Assembly (NCBI GenBank): GCA_033582715.1
Contig: JAVQZZ010000001.1
Location: 118,431 to 182,430 of the forward strand
Reading direction: 5' to 3'
Origin: Lysobacterales bacterium
GTDB lineage: Bacteria > Pseudomonadota > Gammaproteobacteria > Xanthomonadales > BPKI01
DNA: 64,000 nucleotides
Shown: positions 1 through 12,223 of the stretch, one piece after another
Layout of the letters: each line of letters starts with the position of its first letter
How positions within the stretch are numbered: the stretch's first letter is position 1
Translations under genes and position numbers: made by a program
The notes under the pieces: model-generated
The model's database searches: none
Told to the model about the DNA's origin: nothing
The model's input: the letters and a program-made list of their open reading frames with translations, nothing else

Positions 1-322
1 GCGCCGCCCTCGAGCTGGTCGGTCTCGGCGACCGCCTCGAGGCCCCGCCCGAACGACTCTCCGCCGGCGAGCAGCAGAGGGTCGGCATCGCCCGCGCGAT
101 CGTGCGCACCCCCGCGCTGCTGATCGCGGACGAGCCCACCGGCAATCTCGATCCGGCACTCTCCTTCGAGGTCATGCGCCTGTTCGCCTCGCTCGCCCGC
201 CACGGGATGGCCGGTCCTGGTGGCCACCCACGATCTCGCGCTGGTGGAGCGGCTCGGCGCCCGCACCCTGGTGCTGGAGCGCGGCCGACTGGTGGCCGAC
301 CATCCCGCCGGGAGACCGCTGA
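1..322 (+). CDS. ftsE: Cell division ABC ATPase FtsE, C-terminal part (runs off window start; frameshifted)
   Basis: [14 protein letters not shown] signature, [12 protein letters not shown] Walker B/D-loop, then VATHD in another frame after about 212; TGATG stop/start overlap at 320-324 with the next gene. Confidence 0.85.
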   Translation, partial: RRPRAGRSRRPPRGPARTTLRRRAAEGRHRPRDRAHPRAADRGRAHRQSRSGTLLRGHAPVRLARPPRDGRSWWPPTISRWWSGSAPAPWCWSAADWWPTIPPGDR

Positions 323-1263
323 TGGCGCAGGCCCGTCGGAGCACTCCCTCTTGGCCGCCTCCGGGTCCGGCTGGCGGTGCTCGCCGAGGCCCACGCCGAG
401 GCCCTGCGCCTGAGCCTCCGGCTGGCCGGCCTGGACCGAGCCTGGCCTGCGTGCTCGTGCTCGGGCTGGTGCTGGCCCTGCCCGCCATCGCCCACTTCCT
501 GCTCGGCGCCCTCGCGACGCTCGAGGCGCGGCTCGCCGCCCGTCCGGAATGGCTGCTCTTTCCCGCGCCGGGCCGCGAGGCGGAGCTCGAGGCGCTCGCC
601 GCGCGGCTGGGCGCCGATCCCCGGGTCGCCGAGCTGCGGCGGCGCAGCGCCGAGGAGAATCTCGCCGAGCTGCTCGCGATGCCGGGCTTCGCCGGCGTCG
701 AGGAGCTGCTCGCCGAGAACCCGCTGCCGCCGGTGCTGCTGCTCGCGCCGCGCCCCGAGCTGGCGCAGGCCGAGCGGGAGGCGCTGCGCGCGGAACTCGC
801 CGCCCGCCCCGAGCTCGCGGGGTTGCTGCCCGCCGCCGACGGCCGCGAGGCCCTGCGGGCGCTGAGCGCGCGCCTGAGGCTGCTGCTCGCGCCCTTCGCG
901 CTGCTGGTGGGGCTCGGCGCGCTCGCGGTGCTGTTCGCGGTGCTGCAGGCTGTCGCTGCTCGAGCGCAGCGAGGAGCTCGAGATCCTGAGGCTGCTCGGC
1001 GCCGAGGCGAGCTTCGTGCAGCGTCCCTACCTCTACCGCGGGCTGTGGCTCGGCGCGCTCGCCGGGGCGCTGGCGGCCGCGCTCGCCCGCGGCGCCCTCG
1101 GGGCGACTCGGGGAGGGGCTCGCCGAGCTCGCCCGCGATGAGGAGCTCGGCGCTATGCTTAGCGCACCCACGCTGGGGGAGATGCTGGCGATGGTCGCGG
1201 TCGGCGCCGGCCTCGGCCTGTTCGCCGCCTGGCTCGTGGTCCGCGCCCACCTGGCCCGCCTGA
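322..1263 (+). CDS. ftsX: FtsX-like cell division permease (frameshifted)
   Basis: Follows ftsE; N-terminal TM ([11 protein letters not shown]), ENPLPP motif, C-terminal TM segments; [10 protein letters not shown]...[14 protein letters not shown] readable in a shifted frame. Confidence 0.75.
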   Translation: MAQARRSTPSWPPPGPAGGARRGPRRGPAPEPPAGRPGPSLACVLVLGLVLALPAIAHFLLGALATLEARLAARPEWLLFPAPGREAELEALAARLGADPRVAELRRRSAEENLAELLAMPGFAGVEELLAENPLPPVLLLAPRPELAQAEREALRAELAARPELAGLLPAADGREALRALSARLRLLLAPFALLVGLGALAVLFAVLQAVAARAQRGARDPEAARRRGELRAASLPLPRAVARRARRGAGGRARPRRPRGDSGRGSPSSPAMRSSALCLAHPRWGRCWRWSRSAPASACSPPGSWSAPTWPA

Positions 1264-1279
1264 GCTGAAGCCCGCAGAG

Positions 1280-2139
1280 ATGTCCGCCCAGATCACGCGC
1301 CACCTCACCAGCGAGGCTCCGCACATCATGGTCGTGGACGGCTCGCGCGTGGTCCGCCGGCTGCTCGAGCAGCTCCTCCAGCGCGAGGTGTCCGGCGGTG
1401 ACGGTGATCCCCTGCGAGTCCGGCCAGGAGGCGAAGGCGCGCCTGAACGAGACCGTGGTGGACTTCGTCACCACCGCGCTGCAGCTGCCCGACATGGACG
1501 GGCTGGAGCTCGCCCGCTACATCCGCGAGCACGCTCCGCAGGCCTACATCCCGATCGTGGTGGTGTCGGGCGAGGTCAACGAGCGCCTGCTCGCGCGCGG
1601 CTTCACCGAGGACGTCACCGACTATTTCGACAAGTCGCTCGGCATGGAGGCCCTCGCCGCCTTCATCCGCGGCTACGTGCACCCCGAGGAGGCGGTCACC
1701 GGCACCGTGCTCTACGTCGAGGACAGCCGGGTGGTGGCCCTGGCGACGCGGCGGATGCTCGAGAAGCACGGCCTCTCGGTGCACCACGTGATCTCCGCCG
1801 AGGACGCGATCGCCTTCGTCCGCCGCAGCCTGGAGCAGGCCGGCACCCCGGGGGCCGACGTGGTCCTCACCGACGTCTACCTCAAGGGCGGGCTGACCGG
1901 GAAGGAGCTGCTCCAGACCTTCCGCGGCGAGCTCGGGCTCAGCCGCGGCCAGCTCCCGGTGCTGGTGATGACCGCCGACGACAACCCGGCCAACCAGGCG
2001 GCCCTGATCCAGGCCGGCGCCAATGACCTCGTGCAGAAGCCGATCGAGGAGCGGCTGCTCGTGACCAAGCTCTGCTTCCAGCTCCGGGTCGGGACAGCTC
2101 CGGCGGCGGGGCAAGCTGCCGCGCACCGCCGAGACGTGA
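1280..2139 (+). CDS. Response regulator with two receiver domains (frameshift near 1398)
   Basis: [12 protein letters not shown]...LPDMDGLEL...IPIVVVSG...YFDK, then VLYVEDSR...VVLTDVYL...VLVMTA...ANDLVQKP; GTGA overlap with ung at 2136-2139. Confidence 0.8.
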
Positions 2140-3009
2140 GCGCGGCCGAGCGCGTGCGCCTCGAGGAGAGCTGGAAGCGCCGGCTGCTGCCGGTCTTCGA
2201 GAGCCCCGCCCTACAGGCCCTGCGCGCCTTCCTCGCCGCCGAGCGGGCGGCGGGCAAGACCATCTACCCTCCGGCCCGGGAGATCTTCGCCGCCCTGGAT
2301 GCCACGCCCTTCGAGCGGGTGCGGGTGGTGATCCTCGGCCAGGATCCCTACCACGGGCCGGGCCAGGCGCATGGGCTGTGCTTCTCGGTGCGCCCGGGGG
2401 TGCCGCCGCCGCCCTCCCTGCGTCAACATCTTCGCGGAGCTCGAGCGCGACCTCGGCATCCCGCCGCCCGACCACGGCTGCCTGCTGCCCTGGGCCTGGC
2501 GCGGGGTGCTGCTGCTCAACGCCGTGCTCACGGTCGAGCGCGGCCGGCCGGCCTCCCATCGCGGCCGAGGCTGGGAGTTCTTCACCGATGCGGTGATCGA
2601 GTGCCTGAATCGCGAGCGCGAGGGTCTGGTGTTCCTCCTCTGGGGCGCGGACGCCCAGGCCAAGGGCCGACGCATCGACCGCAGTCGGCATCTCGTCCTC
2701 GAGGCTCCCCATCCCTCGCCCCTCTCGGCGAATCGCGGCTTCCTCGGCTGCGGGCATTTCTCCAGGACCAACCGCTGGCTCGAGGCGCGCGGCGAGCCGC
2801 CGATCGACTGGCGGCTGCCGCCACGCGACGAGCTCAGGGCGCTGGAGGGGCGGGCCGAGGCGGGCGCGTCGCGTGCGGAAGGGAAGGCGGCAGCGGCTCG
2901 ATTCCAGCCGATCCTGAGCTCGAAGGGACCACGCTGCGACCGGTCGGGGTATTCCGTCGCGGCAGGATGGCTCGGCAGGGCCCGGCCCAGCTCGTTTCCC
3001 CCGCGCTAG
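2136..3009 (+). CDS. ung: Uracil-DNA glycosylase family 1 (frameshift near 2421; true stop may be earlier)
   Basis: [49 protein letters not shown] motifs. Confidence 0.92.
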
Positions 3010-3252
3010 GGGTGGCGAGGGCAGGATCGCCGGATGGCGCCGGGAGAGCGGCTGCGGATCCCTCCGCTCGGCCCCTCGCGACCGAGCGGCCTGCGCTGCG
3101 CCCTCCCGAGACTCGCTCGATGGCCGGGGCCGCGGCCCAAGGACCTTCGAGCGCGTCTTGGTTCCTGAGATTCGGGATGAGCAAACTCGCCACCCTGACT
3201 GTCACTCCCTCCGACGGGAGCCAGCCCGCGACCGCCGATCCCGTTCGCCGGC

Positions 3253-6081
3253 ATGAACGAGCCTGACCTCATCCTCTGCGCCAACCGCCGCCTGGCCGAC
3301 CGGATCGAGGCGGAGGCGCTCGCCTCGCGCGGCGAGCCCCGATCGAGCGGCCGCCGGCCTACACCCTCGAGCCGTGGTGCCTCCGGCGCTGGCAGGAGGA
3401 GCGCGACCGGGCGGCGCTCGCCGGCGAGGTGCTGCCGCTTCCCCTCGAGGACGAGGAGGCCCGCCTCGCGCTCTGGGAGCGGTCCCTCGAGGAGGCCGCC
3501 GCCGAACTGGCGGGACCAAAAGGTCCAAGAGCGAGTCACGCTCGCGCTGCCCAGGCTGGCCGAGGCCGCGGAGCGCGCCTTCCGGCTCGCCGCCCTGCAC
3601 GGCATCGGACCGGACGACATCGCCCAGGCGACGCCTGAGAGCGACGCCCAGGGGCTTTTCGTCAGGGGGCTCGGCAGGTATCGAGCCATGCTCGGCGAGC
3701 GTGGCCTCCTCGACCCCGCGGAGCTTCCCGAGCGGCTCCGCAGCGCGCATCGCCGAGGGCCGGGCGCTGGTTTCCGGCGACGGGTGGAGCTGCGCGGCTT
3801 CCGCGAGCCGGCCGCCGGCGCTCGAGCGGCTCTGCGCGGCCCTCGACGGCGACGGGGGACGACGATCGACCGGCAAGCCGCTCGCAGAGAGCCGGGAGCC
3901 CGAGGGCGTTCGCCCTCGAGGCGTTCGCGACGCCGCGGGAGGAGCTGCGGGCCGCCGCGCGCTGGGCGCGCGCGATGGCCCAAAAGCAGTCCCGAGGGCC
4001 GCTTCGCCATCGTGCTCGCCGACCTGCACGCCCGCCGCCGGGAGGCGCTTTCGGTGTTCGATGAGGAACTCTGTCCCTGGCGCAGGCCTGGGGAAACCGC
4101 GGCCCTATGGCATCTCGCTCGGCGTGCCGCTCGCCGAGTGTTTCCCGGTGCGCGAGGCGCTCGCCGCGCTCGAGTGGCAGCTCGCCGCGGAACGGCCTGC
4201 CGCCGCCCGAAGCCAGGAGCGCGCTGCTCGGGCTCGATCGGGGCTCGATCCGGCCGAGGGCGAGGCTCGCCGGAACGGAATGGAAGGAACGGGAGCGGCT
4301 TGCCCCCGCGCCTGCGGCCGGACGCACTCTCGCCCTCTCGGAAGCGCGAAGGAAGCGCTCGGGGAGCCGAATCACCGGCGGCCTCCCGCAGACTGGGCCG
4401 GGCGCTTCCGCGAGGCGCTTCAGTCCCTCGGCTTTCCCGAGAACCCTCGATTCCGCCGCCTTCCAGGCCCTGGGAGCGGCTCGAGGAGTGCCTCCGCCGC
4501 CTGGCCGCCCTCGGTCCGGCGCTGGGCGAGATCGGGGCCAGCGAGGCCCTCCGCCGCCTCCGGCGCATGCTCGCCCGCCGCCTGTTCCAGCCGCGCCAGG
4601 CGCCGCAGCGGATCGAGCTCCTCGGCCCGCTCGAGGCGGTGGGTCATTGACGTTCGACGGGGTGTGGATCGCGGGCCTGAATGCCGAGCGCTTCCCGCCC
4701 CGGCGCGAGCCGGACCCGCTGCTGCCCTTCGCGCTCCAGCGCAAGCACCGGCTGCCCGGGACGCGATCCGCGAAGCCGACGCCGAGCACGACCGGCGCTG
4801 GCTCGAGGCGCTGCTCGGGCTCGCCCCCGAGATTCGCCTGAGCCACGCCCTCGCCGAGGAGGACCGGCCGCTCACCCCCTCGCCCTTCCCGTGGCGGAGC
4901 CGGCAGAGCACAGCACCTGCATCCCTCCCTCCCGACGCCCTGGCAGGGCTGGCACGGGGAAAGCGCCGACGTCGAAGATCGGCGCCGCGCGCCTCTCGCG
5001 GACGGGACCCGGCTCGCACGGCGGGGCGCAGGCGGATCGCCGACCACCTCGACTGCCCCTTCCGCGGCTTCGCCCTGCACGAGCTCGGCGCCGGCCGGCC
5101 CTCCGATCCCGGCCCGGTGCCCGACGCCCGCGAGCTCGGCACCCTGATCCACCGACTGCTCGCCGCCCTCGCGCGGCGCGATCCGCAGGTTCTTCCGCCC
5201 GAGCGACGCGGTGGACCGTTCCGGCCACGCGCCGGAGGCCGGCAAAGCGGCCGGCGCGGGCGCGGGCCACGACACTGCCGCTGCCTTCGACCTCTCGCCG
5301 CAGCAGAAGGCGATCCTCGACGAGGAGATCGAGCGCCTGCTCACGCCGCGCCAGGACGCGACGCCCAGAGTTCGGCGCGCGCCCTCCCGGAGGCGGAACT
5401 TCCAACGGTATTGCCAGAGCGACCCGCGACGCCCCAGGGTTGGGCGCGCGCCCTTCCCGAAGCCCGCCCGCGACGCCCTGCCGGCGGTGTTGGAGCAGAT
5501 CGTCGCGCGACTTCTCCAGGCGGAGCGGCGCCGCGCCCCCTTCGAGATCCTCATGGTCGAGGGCAAGCCCCTGAACGGTGCCTCCCCGATCGCGCAGAGC
5601 CTCCGAGCTCGCCGGGCTCGAGCTCGAGCTCCGCTGCGACCGCGTGGACCGCCTCGAGGACGGCCGTCTCGTCGGTGATCGACTACAAGAGCGGCCGGGA
5701 GGCCAAGCTTCCGGGCAGCGAGGGCGAGATCCGCGATCCGCAGCTCGCGCTCTACGCCCAGCTCGACGAGAAGATCGCCGCGGTGCTCTACGCCCGCCTT
5801 CACCCGGGGGCGGGAGACGCCGTCTACACCGGCCACGCCGACGCCTCGGCGCCGACTCGGAATCACGCTGCGGAATGCGAGCGAGGGCTTTCGGGAGCTG
5901 CGCGAGCGTTGGCGAGAGCGAGCTCGAGGCTGCAGCCGGCGCGATCCGGGACGGCTCCTTCCCGGCGCGGCCGCGGAAAGGCGTCTGCCGGCGCTGCGAG
6001 CTCGCCGCGCTGTGCCGGATCGCCGCGAGGATCGGCGGCGCCACTGCCCAGGACGACGAGGATAAGGAGGAGTACGCATGA
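3253..6081 (+). CDS. AddB/RexB-like DNA repair protein with C-terminal PD-(D/E)XK nuclease (multiple frameshifts)
   Basis: Start [15 protein letters not shown]; [18 protein letters not shown]...VIDYKSG, PQLALYA, C-terminal [10 protein letters not shown] (Fe-S staple cysteines); ATGA overlap with downstream helicase. Confidence 0.75.
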
Positions 6082-9000
6082 CGACGCTCACCGAGAACGA
6101 GCACGCTGCCGACCCCCAACGGCCGGGACGACCAGTCGCCTCCGCGAGCAGGCGCTCGATCCGGCGCAAGAGCTTCCTGGTCGAGGCGCCCGCCGGGTCG
6201 GGCAAGACCGGGCTGCTCGTGATGCGCGCCCTGAGGCTGCTTGCCGGGATCGAGAAGCCCGAGCGCCTGCTCGCGATCACCTTCACGCGCAAGGCGGCGG
6301 CGGAGATGCGCGAGCGGATCCTGGCGGCGGTCGCAGCCCCCGCGGGGGGCGATGAACCGAGCGATCCCTTCCTGCGCGAGCTCGCGGCGCTCGGCAAGCG
6401 CGTGCGGGACGCGGGCGGACCGCGAATGGGGCGGGCCTGAGGGGCTCGCGGCGCGGCTTCGCATCGAGACCATCGACGCGCTCTGCCGCTGGATCGCGCG
6501 GCAGGCGCCTCTCGCCGGACCGCTCGGAGAGGGGACGCGGATGCTCGAGGAGCACGAGGCGGAGGCGCTGTTCCGCGAGGCGGCGGAGGCGGCGCTCGCC
6601 GCGCCCGAGGAAAGCGGACATGTCGCCGAGCTGCTCCGCCGCTATGGCGGCGATGCCGCCCGGCTGCGCGCCGACCTCGCCCGCCTCCTCGGAATCCGCG
6701 AGCGCTTCCGGGGGCTGCTCGGGACCGACGCGCAGGCCCGCGACTCCCTGAAGGACGCCCTGAGGCAGCACCTCGGGGCCGAACTCGGGGCGCTGGACAC
6801 GGGCGCTCTCGCCCTTCCGGGACGGGCTGCTCAAGGCGCTGCGCTACGCGGGCGGGAAGCTTGAGAAGCTTGGCAGGAACCACCCCTTCCGCGATCCCGG
6901 AAGCGCCTGGCCCGCGCTCCAGCGCCGAGGACCTCCCCAAGTGGCGCGCGCTCGCCGACCTCTGCCTCACCCGGGACGCGAAAGATCCCGACTTCCGCAA
7001 GCAACTCACCAAGCGCGAAGGCTTTCCGACCAAGAAGGACGGCGGCGACGAGAGGGTCAAGGAGTGCACGATGGGGCTGCTCGGCGCAGATGAGCGGCGA
7101 GCCGGGCCTGCGCGAGCGCCTGGCGCGGCTGCGGCTGCTGCCGGAGCCCGCCGTCCCGGAGGAGAGCTGGCAGGCGACGCGCGCCCTGCTCGGCCTGCTC
7201 CGGCGGGCGCTCGCCGAGCTCAAGCTCCGCTTCGCCGAGCGGGGCGTGGCCGACTTCACCGAGGTGGCGCTTGCCGCCCTCGAGGCCCTCGGCACGCCCG
7301 AGCAGCCGAGCGAGCTGCTGCTTCGCCTGGACCGTGATTTCCACCACATCCTGGTCGACGAGTTCCAGGACAGCTCCGAGCTCCAGGTGGAGCTCCTCGA
7401 GCGGCTCACCGCCGGCTGGCAGCCGGGCGACGGCCGCAGCCTGTTCCTGGTCGGCGACCCGATGCAGAGCATCTACCGCTTCCGCAAGGCGGAGGTGGGG
7501 CTCTTCCTCGGGCTGCGCGCGGCGGGGCGGCTGGGGTCGGTGGCGCTTACGCCGATCGTGCTCTCCCGCAACTTCCGCAGCCGGCCGCGGCTCGTCGAGC
7601 GCGTGAACGAGGTCTTTGCCCGGATCCTGCCCGGGGAGGACCGGATCGAGGAGGGGCGCGCGCGGATGCGGAGGGCCGGCGCGGCGCGCGACGGCGAGGG
7701 CGAGATCGCCATCCGCGCCATCCGGCCCGCGCCCGAGAGCGAGGCCGGGGGCGGTGCGGACGAGCAGGCGGCGCTCGCCGAGGCCTGCGCCTGGATCGAG
7801 GAGCGCCGCACGAGCGGCGGGGTCGCGGTGCTGGTGCGCGCCCGGGACCATGCGCGGCCGCTGCTCCGCGCCCTTGCCGCGCGCGGGATTCCGGTGCACG
7901 CCCCGGAGTTCGAGCCGCTCGGGGAGCAGCCGCTCGTCGCCGATCTCGCCGCCCTGGCCCTGGCCCTCTCCCACCCCGCGGAGCGCACCGCCTGGCTCGG
8001 GGTGTTGCGGGCCCCCTGGTGCGGCCTCGACCAGGCCGACCTCGCCGCGCTCTCCGCTTCCCTCCAGCCCGAGAAGCCGCTGTGGCCGCATCTCGTGGCG
8101 GCGGTCGAGGCGGCGAGGCAATCCTCGCTCCCGGCCGCGGCGGAGACGGCCGACGAGGCTCTCGCGGCTCCCCCGGCCGGGCCGGCGGCGGGGGTCGAGG
8201 CGGTGCGAGCTGCGCTCTCGGAGGCGGGCCGGGCGCGCCTGCAGCAGCCTCATCGAGACGCTTCGCCCGATCGTCGAGGCCGCTCCCGGGGAGCCGCTCC
8301 GCGAGCGCCTGGAGGCCGCCTGGCTGGCCCTGGGCGGTCCGGCCTGCGCGCGCGAGGCGAGGGAGCTCGAGGACGCCGAGCGCTTCCTCGCCTGGCTCGA
8401 GAGCCTGGGGGAGACGCCGGCGATCGCCGACGTCGAGGGGTTCCTCGCCGGCCTCGAGCGCCTGCGCGCGGCGGCCCGCCACCCGCCCGAAGGCGCCGTC
8501 ACCGTCCTCACCCTGCACCAGGCGAAGGGCCTCGAGTTCGATCACGTCCTGCTCTTCGGCCTCGGCCGCCGGGTGGGCTACGACACCCGCCCCCTGCTCC
8601 TCGCGAGCTCGGTGGTGATCACGGGTCACGAGCGGCCGCTGCTCGCCCTCGCCCCACCGCCGGGCAAGGAGGATTCCCTCTACGAGTTCCTCTGGAAGGG
8701 CATCGAGCGCCCGCGCGAGGCCGCCGAGCGCGAGCGGCTGCTCTACGTCGGCGTGACCCGGGCGCGGGAGTCGATGCTGCTCGTCCTCGAGCTCGAGGAG
8801 CCCTCGAGGCAGGAATCGAGGCGGAGGAGCCCCAGCGCCCGGCCCGCCCGGGAAGCCTCGGCGAGGCGCTGTGGAATGCCCTCGGCGATTCCGAGAGGGA
8901 AGGAGCTGCTCAGAGACGGGCTGGCTCTGGCGGCCGGCTTGGCTCCCGCAGGTCCGAGCCGATGCGCTTCCCGCGCCGGCGCCGAGCCCCGCCCCACCGC

Positions 9001-9691
9001 GGGGAACGGCGGACGGCCTCCCGCCCCTGCGCCGGATCTTCGGGGTCCGAGCGGCCGGACTATCGAGGGCCTCGCGGGCATCCCGCCGCGCGACGAGCCC
9101 GCCCCCTCCCGTCCGCCCTTCGAGTGGGCCGAGGAGCCCGCGCGCCTCGCGGGCGTGCTCTTCCACCGGCTCCTCGCCCGGATCGCGGACGACGGGGCTC
9201 AGGGCCTGCCGGAGCGGCTCCCGGACAGCCTTCGCGCGGCGCTCCGAGACCGAGCTCGGGACCGCGGGCCTCGCGCCGCAGGGAGGCGAAGGATGATGCC
9301 CTCGGGCGCATCGAGGAGGCGCTTAAGGCCCTGCGCTCGGACCCGAAATGCGGCTGGCTGCTCGCAGACCACGGCGGAAGCGGGCGCAGCGAGCTCGAGC
9401 TGCTCGAGCGCGGCGAGGACGGGGGACTGCGCCGCCACCGCATCGACCGCACCTTCGTCGATCGAGAACGGCGTGCGCTGGATCGTGGACTTCAAGCTCG
9501 CCCGCCACGAGGGCGGGAAGCTCGAGGACTTCCTCGCGAGCGAGCGCGAGCGCTACGCCGGCCAGCTCCGGCGCTACGCCGGGCTCTACGCGCACGAGGG
9601 GCGCCCGGTGCGGGCCGCGCTCGTCTACCCCCTGCTCCCGGAGGGGCACCGCCTGCAGGAGATCCCCCTCGACCCTCCGGGCCCGGCCTGA
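6078..9691 (+). CDS. AddA-like UvrD/SF1 helicase-nuclease (multiple frameshifts)
   Basis: [64 protein letters not shown]; RecB-type nuclease IDR...IVDFK...QLRRYA. Confidence 0.85.
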
Positions 9692-9799
9692 GCGCCGCCG
9701 CAGGCACCGCAGGCGGGGCTCGCCTCCCGCCCGCGCGGCTCTCGCCGCGAGGATGGGCGGAGGCGAGACCCGCGCGTCTGCGCTAAACTTCCGGCCTTC

Positions 9800-9876
9800 G
9801 CGCCCGTAGCTCAGCTGGACAGAGTGTTGCCCTCCGAAGGCAAAGGTCGCAGGTTCGAATCCTGCCGGGCGCGCCA
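9800..9876 (+). tRNA. tRNA-Arg(CCG)
   Basis: GCGCCCG acceptor stem pairs with CGGGCGC; D arm TAGCTCAGCTGGACAGAG; anticodon arm TTGCC-CTCCGAA-GGCAA; T loop GGTTCGAATCC; encoded CCA. Confidence 0.97.
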
Positions 9877-9913
9877 GCTTCCCGCGCCCGCACGCCCGCA
9901 CCGGTCCGCTGCC

Positions 9914-10432
9914 GTGAAGAACTACGACATCGAGTTCCTGAAGCGCTTCTCCGCGCTGATCGCGGGCCTCGATCGCCTTCACCGTGGTCCTGGTCCTGTT
10001 CGCGCTGTTCCTGCACGGCCGCCAACCGCGGGAACGCGAGTCCCGGAGCAGCTCGCCCGCACCGAGGCCCGGATCCGGCCGGTGATGGGGGTCTATGCCG
10101 GCGAGACCGGGCGCGCGGCGATGCTCGCCGCCCTCGAGGCCCAGCGCGCCGCCCAGACCGCGCAGGCGGCCTTCGGCGGCACCCTCGACGGGGGCGAGAT
10201 CTACCAGAAGCTCTGCTCGGCCTGCCACGGGACCGGCGCGGGTGGCGCCCCGCGGCTGGAGCGCGCGGCCTGGGAGCCCCGCATCGCGCAGGGCTTCGAG
10301 GTGCTGCTGCGGCACTCGATCGAAGGCTACCAGGGCCAGAACGGCCTGATGCCCGCGCGCGGCGGCAACCCCGCGCTCACCGATCAGCAGGTCGAGGCCG
10401 CAGTGCGCTGGATGCTGGACAACCTGCAGTGA
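9914..10432 (+). CDS. Cytochrome c5 family protein (probable compensating indels in the TM region)
   Basis: GTG start VKNYDIEFLKRFS; heme motif CSACH; GAGGAP, WEPRIAQG, MPARGG distal Met. Confidence 0.88.
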   Translation: MKNYDIEFLKRFSALIAGLDRLHRGPGPVRAVPARPPTAGTRVPEQLARTEARIRPVMGVYAGETGRAAMLAALEAQRAAQTAQAAFGGTLDGGEIYQKLCSACHGTGAGGAPRLERAAWEPRIAQGFEVLLRHSIEGYQGQNGLMPARGGNPALTDQQVEAAVRWMLDNLQ

Positions 10433-10445
10433 GGGAGCCGGTGGC

Positions 10446-12223
10446 GTGAGGGAGCCGCTGCGCCCGGCCGTGATCGCGCCCTGGCGCCCCGCGGCGCTCG
10501 CCCTGCTCGCCGCGCTCGCGGGCTGTGGCCGCGATCCGCTGGCCTGCGGCGGGGAGGCGATGCCGCTCGCCGAGGCGCGGCGGCTGGCGGCGGGCGGCGA
10601 GGCGCGGGGGCCGGTGACGGTCGAGGGCGTGGTCGCGGCCGACTTCGCCGGCGGTCTCGGCGGATTCTTCCTCGCCGCGCCGGAGGGCGAGCCCGAGGCG
10701 GCGCTCTTCGTCGCCGCGGCGATCCCGGGCCTCGCGCCCGGCACGCGGCTGCGGCTGTCCGCCGAGCCGGCGCGGCTCCCCCCGGAGATGCACGGCCGCC
10801 CGGCCCTGGTGCGCGTGAGCGGCCATCGCGCCTGCGGCACGGCGCGCCCGCCGGTGACGGAGCTCAAGGCGCCGCCCGAGGACTGGGAGGCGCTCGAGGG
10901 CCGGCCGGTGCGGATCGCGAGCCCGCTGCTCCTCGCCGGGCACGGCGAGCTCGCCGCGCGCGGCGAGCTGATCGTGGCCTTCGGCGGCGAGCGGCCCTTC
11001 CAGCCCACCGAGCTGTTTCCCCCGGGCGAGCCCGCGCAGCGCTTCGCTCGCGAGCAGCGGCGGCGCCTGCTGGTCCTCGACGATGGCCGGGAGGCGCCGC
11101 CCGCCGGCGGGCTGCCCTGGTTCTGGACCGAGCCACCGGCGCGCCTCCGCATCGGCGGTCGTCTCGACCGGCGCCGAAGGCGTGGTGGACCGGGGTGAGG
11201 AGGGCTTCCTGCTGCGGCTGACCGCTCCGCTCGCCCTCGCCGAGGCCGCCCCCCGCCCGCCGCCGCCGCCGCGGGACCCGGCGGCGCTGCGCATCGCCGC
11301 CTTCAACCTCGAGAACTTCTTCAACGGCGACGGCGAGGGCGGAGGCTTCCCGACGCCGCGCGGGGCGCGCGACCGGGACGCCTTCGAGCGCCAGGCGGGC
11401 AAGCTGGTGGCGACGCTCGTCGCGCTCGATGCCGATCTCCTCGCCCTCGCCGAGCTCGAGAACGACGGCTTACGGCGAGCGCTCGGCGGTGGCCGAGCTC
11501 ACCCGCCGCCTGAACGACGCCCTGCCCGAGTCCGGGCGCTACGCCTTCGTGGCTCCGGGAAGCGAGCGCCTCGGCGAGGACGAGATCGCGGTCGGGATCC
11601 TCTACCGGCCCGCCCGCCTCGAGCTCCTCGGCCGGCCGGCCTTCCTCGACGGCGCGCCCTTCAGCCGCGGCCTCAGCCGCGTGCCGCTGGCCGCGAGCTT
11701 CCGGGAGCGCACGGGCGGCCCGGCCTTCACCCTGGTCTCCGTCCACCTCAAGTCCAAGGCCTCCTGTCCGCAGGCTCCGGGGCCCGATGCCGACGCCGGC
11801 GACGGCCAGGGCTGCTGGAACGCCGCGCGCGCCGCGGCGATGCGCGCGATCCTCGACTGGCTCGCGGGCGATCCCACCGGGGCGGGCGTCGGCGAATGGC
11901 TGATCGCGGGCGACTTCAACGCCCACGCCGAGGAGGAGCCGCTGGCCATCGCCCGCGAGCGCGGCGCCCTCGACGCGCTGCGCGCCGGCTCCGGCGCCCT
12001 CGGGCTCTACAGCTACGTCTACCGGGGCCTCGCCGGACGGCTCGACCACATCGTGGTCAGCCCGGGGCTCGCCGCCCGCCTGCGGACGGGAGGCGCATGG
12101 CATCTCAACGCCGACGAGCCCGCGCTGCTGGGCTACGCCGGTGCCTTCGCCGAGGAGGCCTCGCCCTACCGCAGCTCCGATCACGACCCGGTCTGGGTCG
12201 AACTCGCCTCGGCGGCGCCCTGA
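10446..12223 (+). CDS. ExeM/NucH-family extracellular endonuclease lipoprotein (frameshifted)
   Basis: Lipobox LAGC; [11 protein letters not shown]-fold; [34 protein letters not shown]...LDH, RSSDHDP EEP-fold motifs. Confidence 0.85.

Noticed and set aside
1398-3266. Apparent response regulator-UNG fusion ORF
   Set aside because: A GTGA stop/start overlap at 2136-2139 marks two genes; one upstream indel explains the read-through
9800-9876. tRNA-Arg as an integration site for an island
   Set aside because: No integrase nearby and I saw no duplicate of the tRNA 3' end in the window
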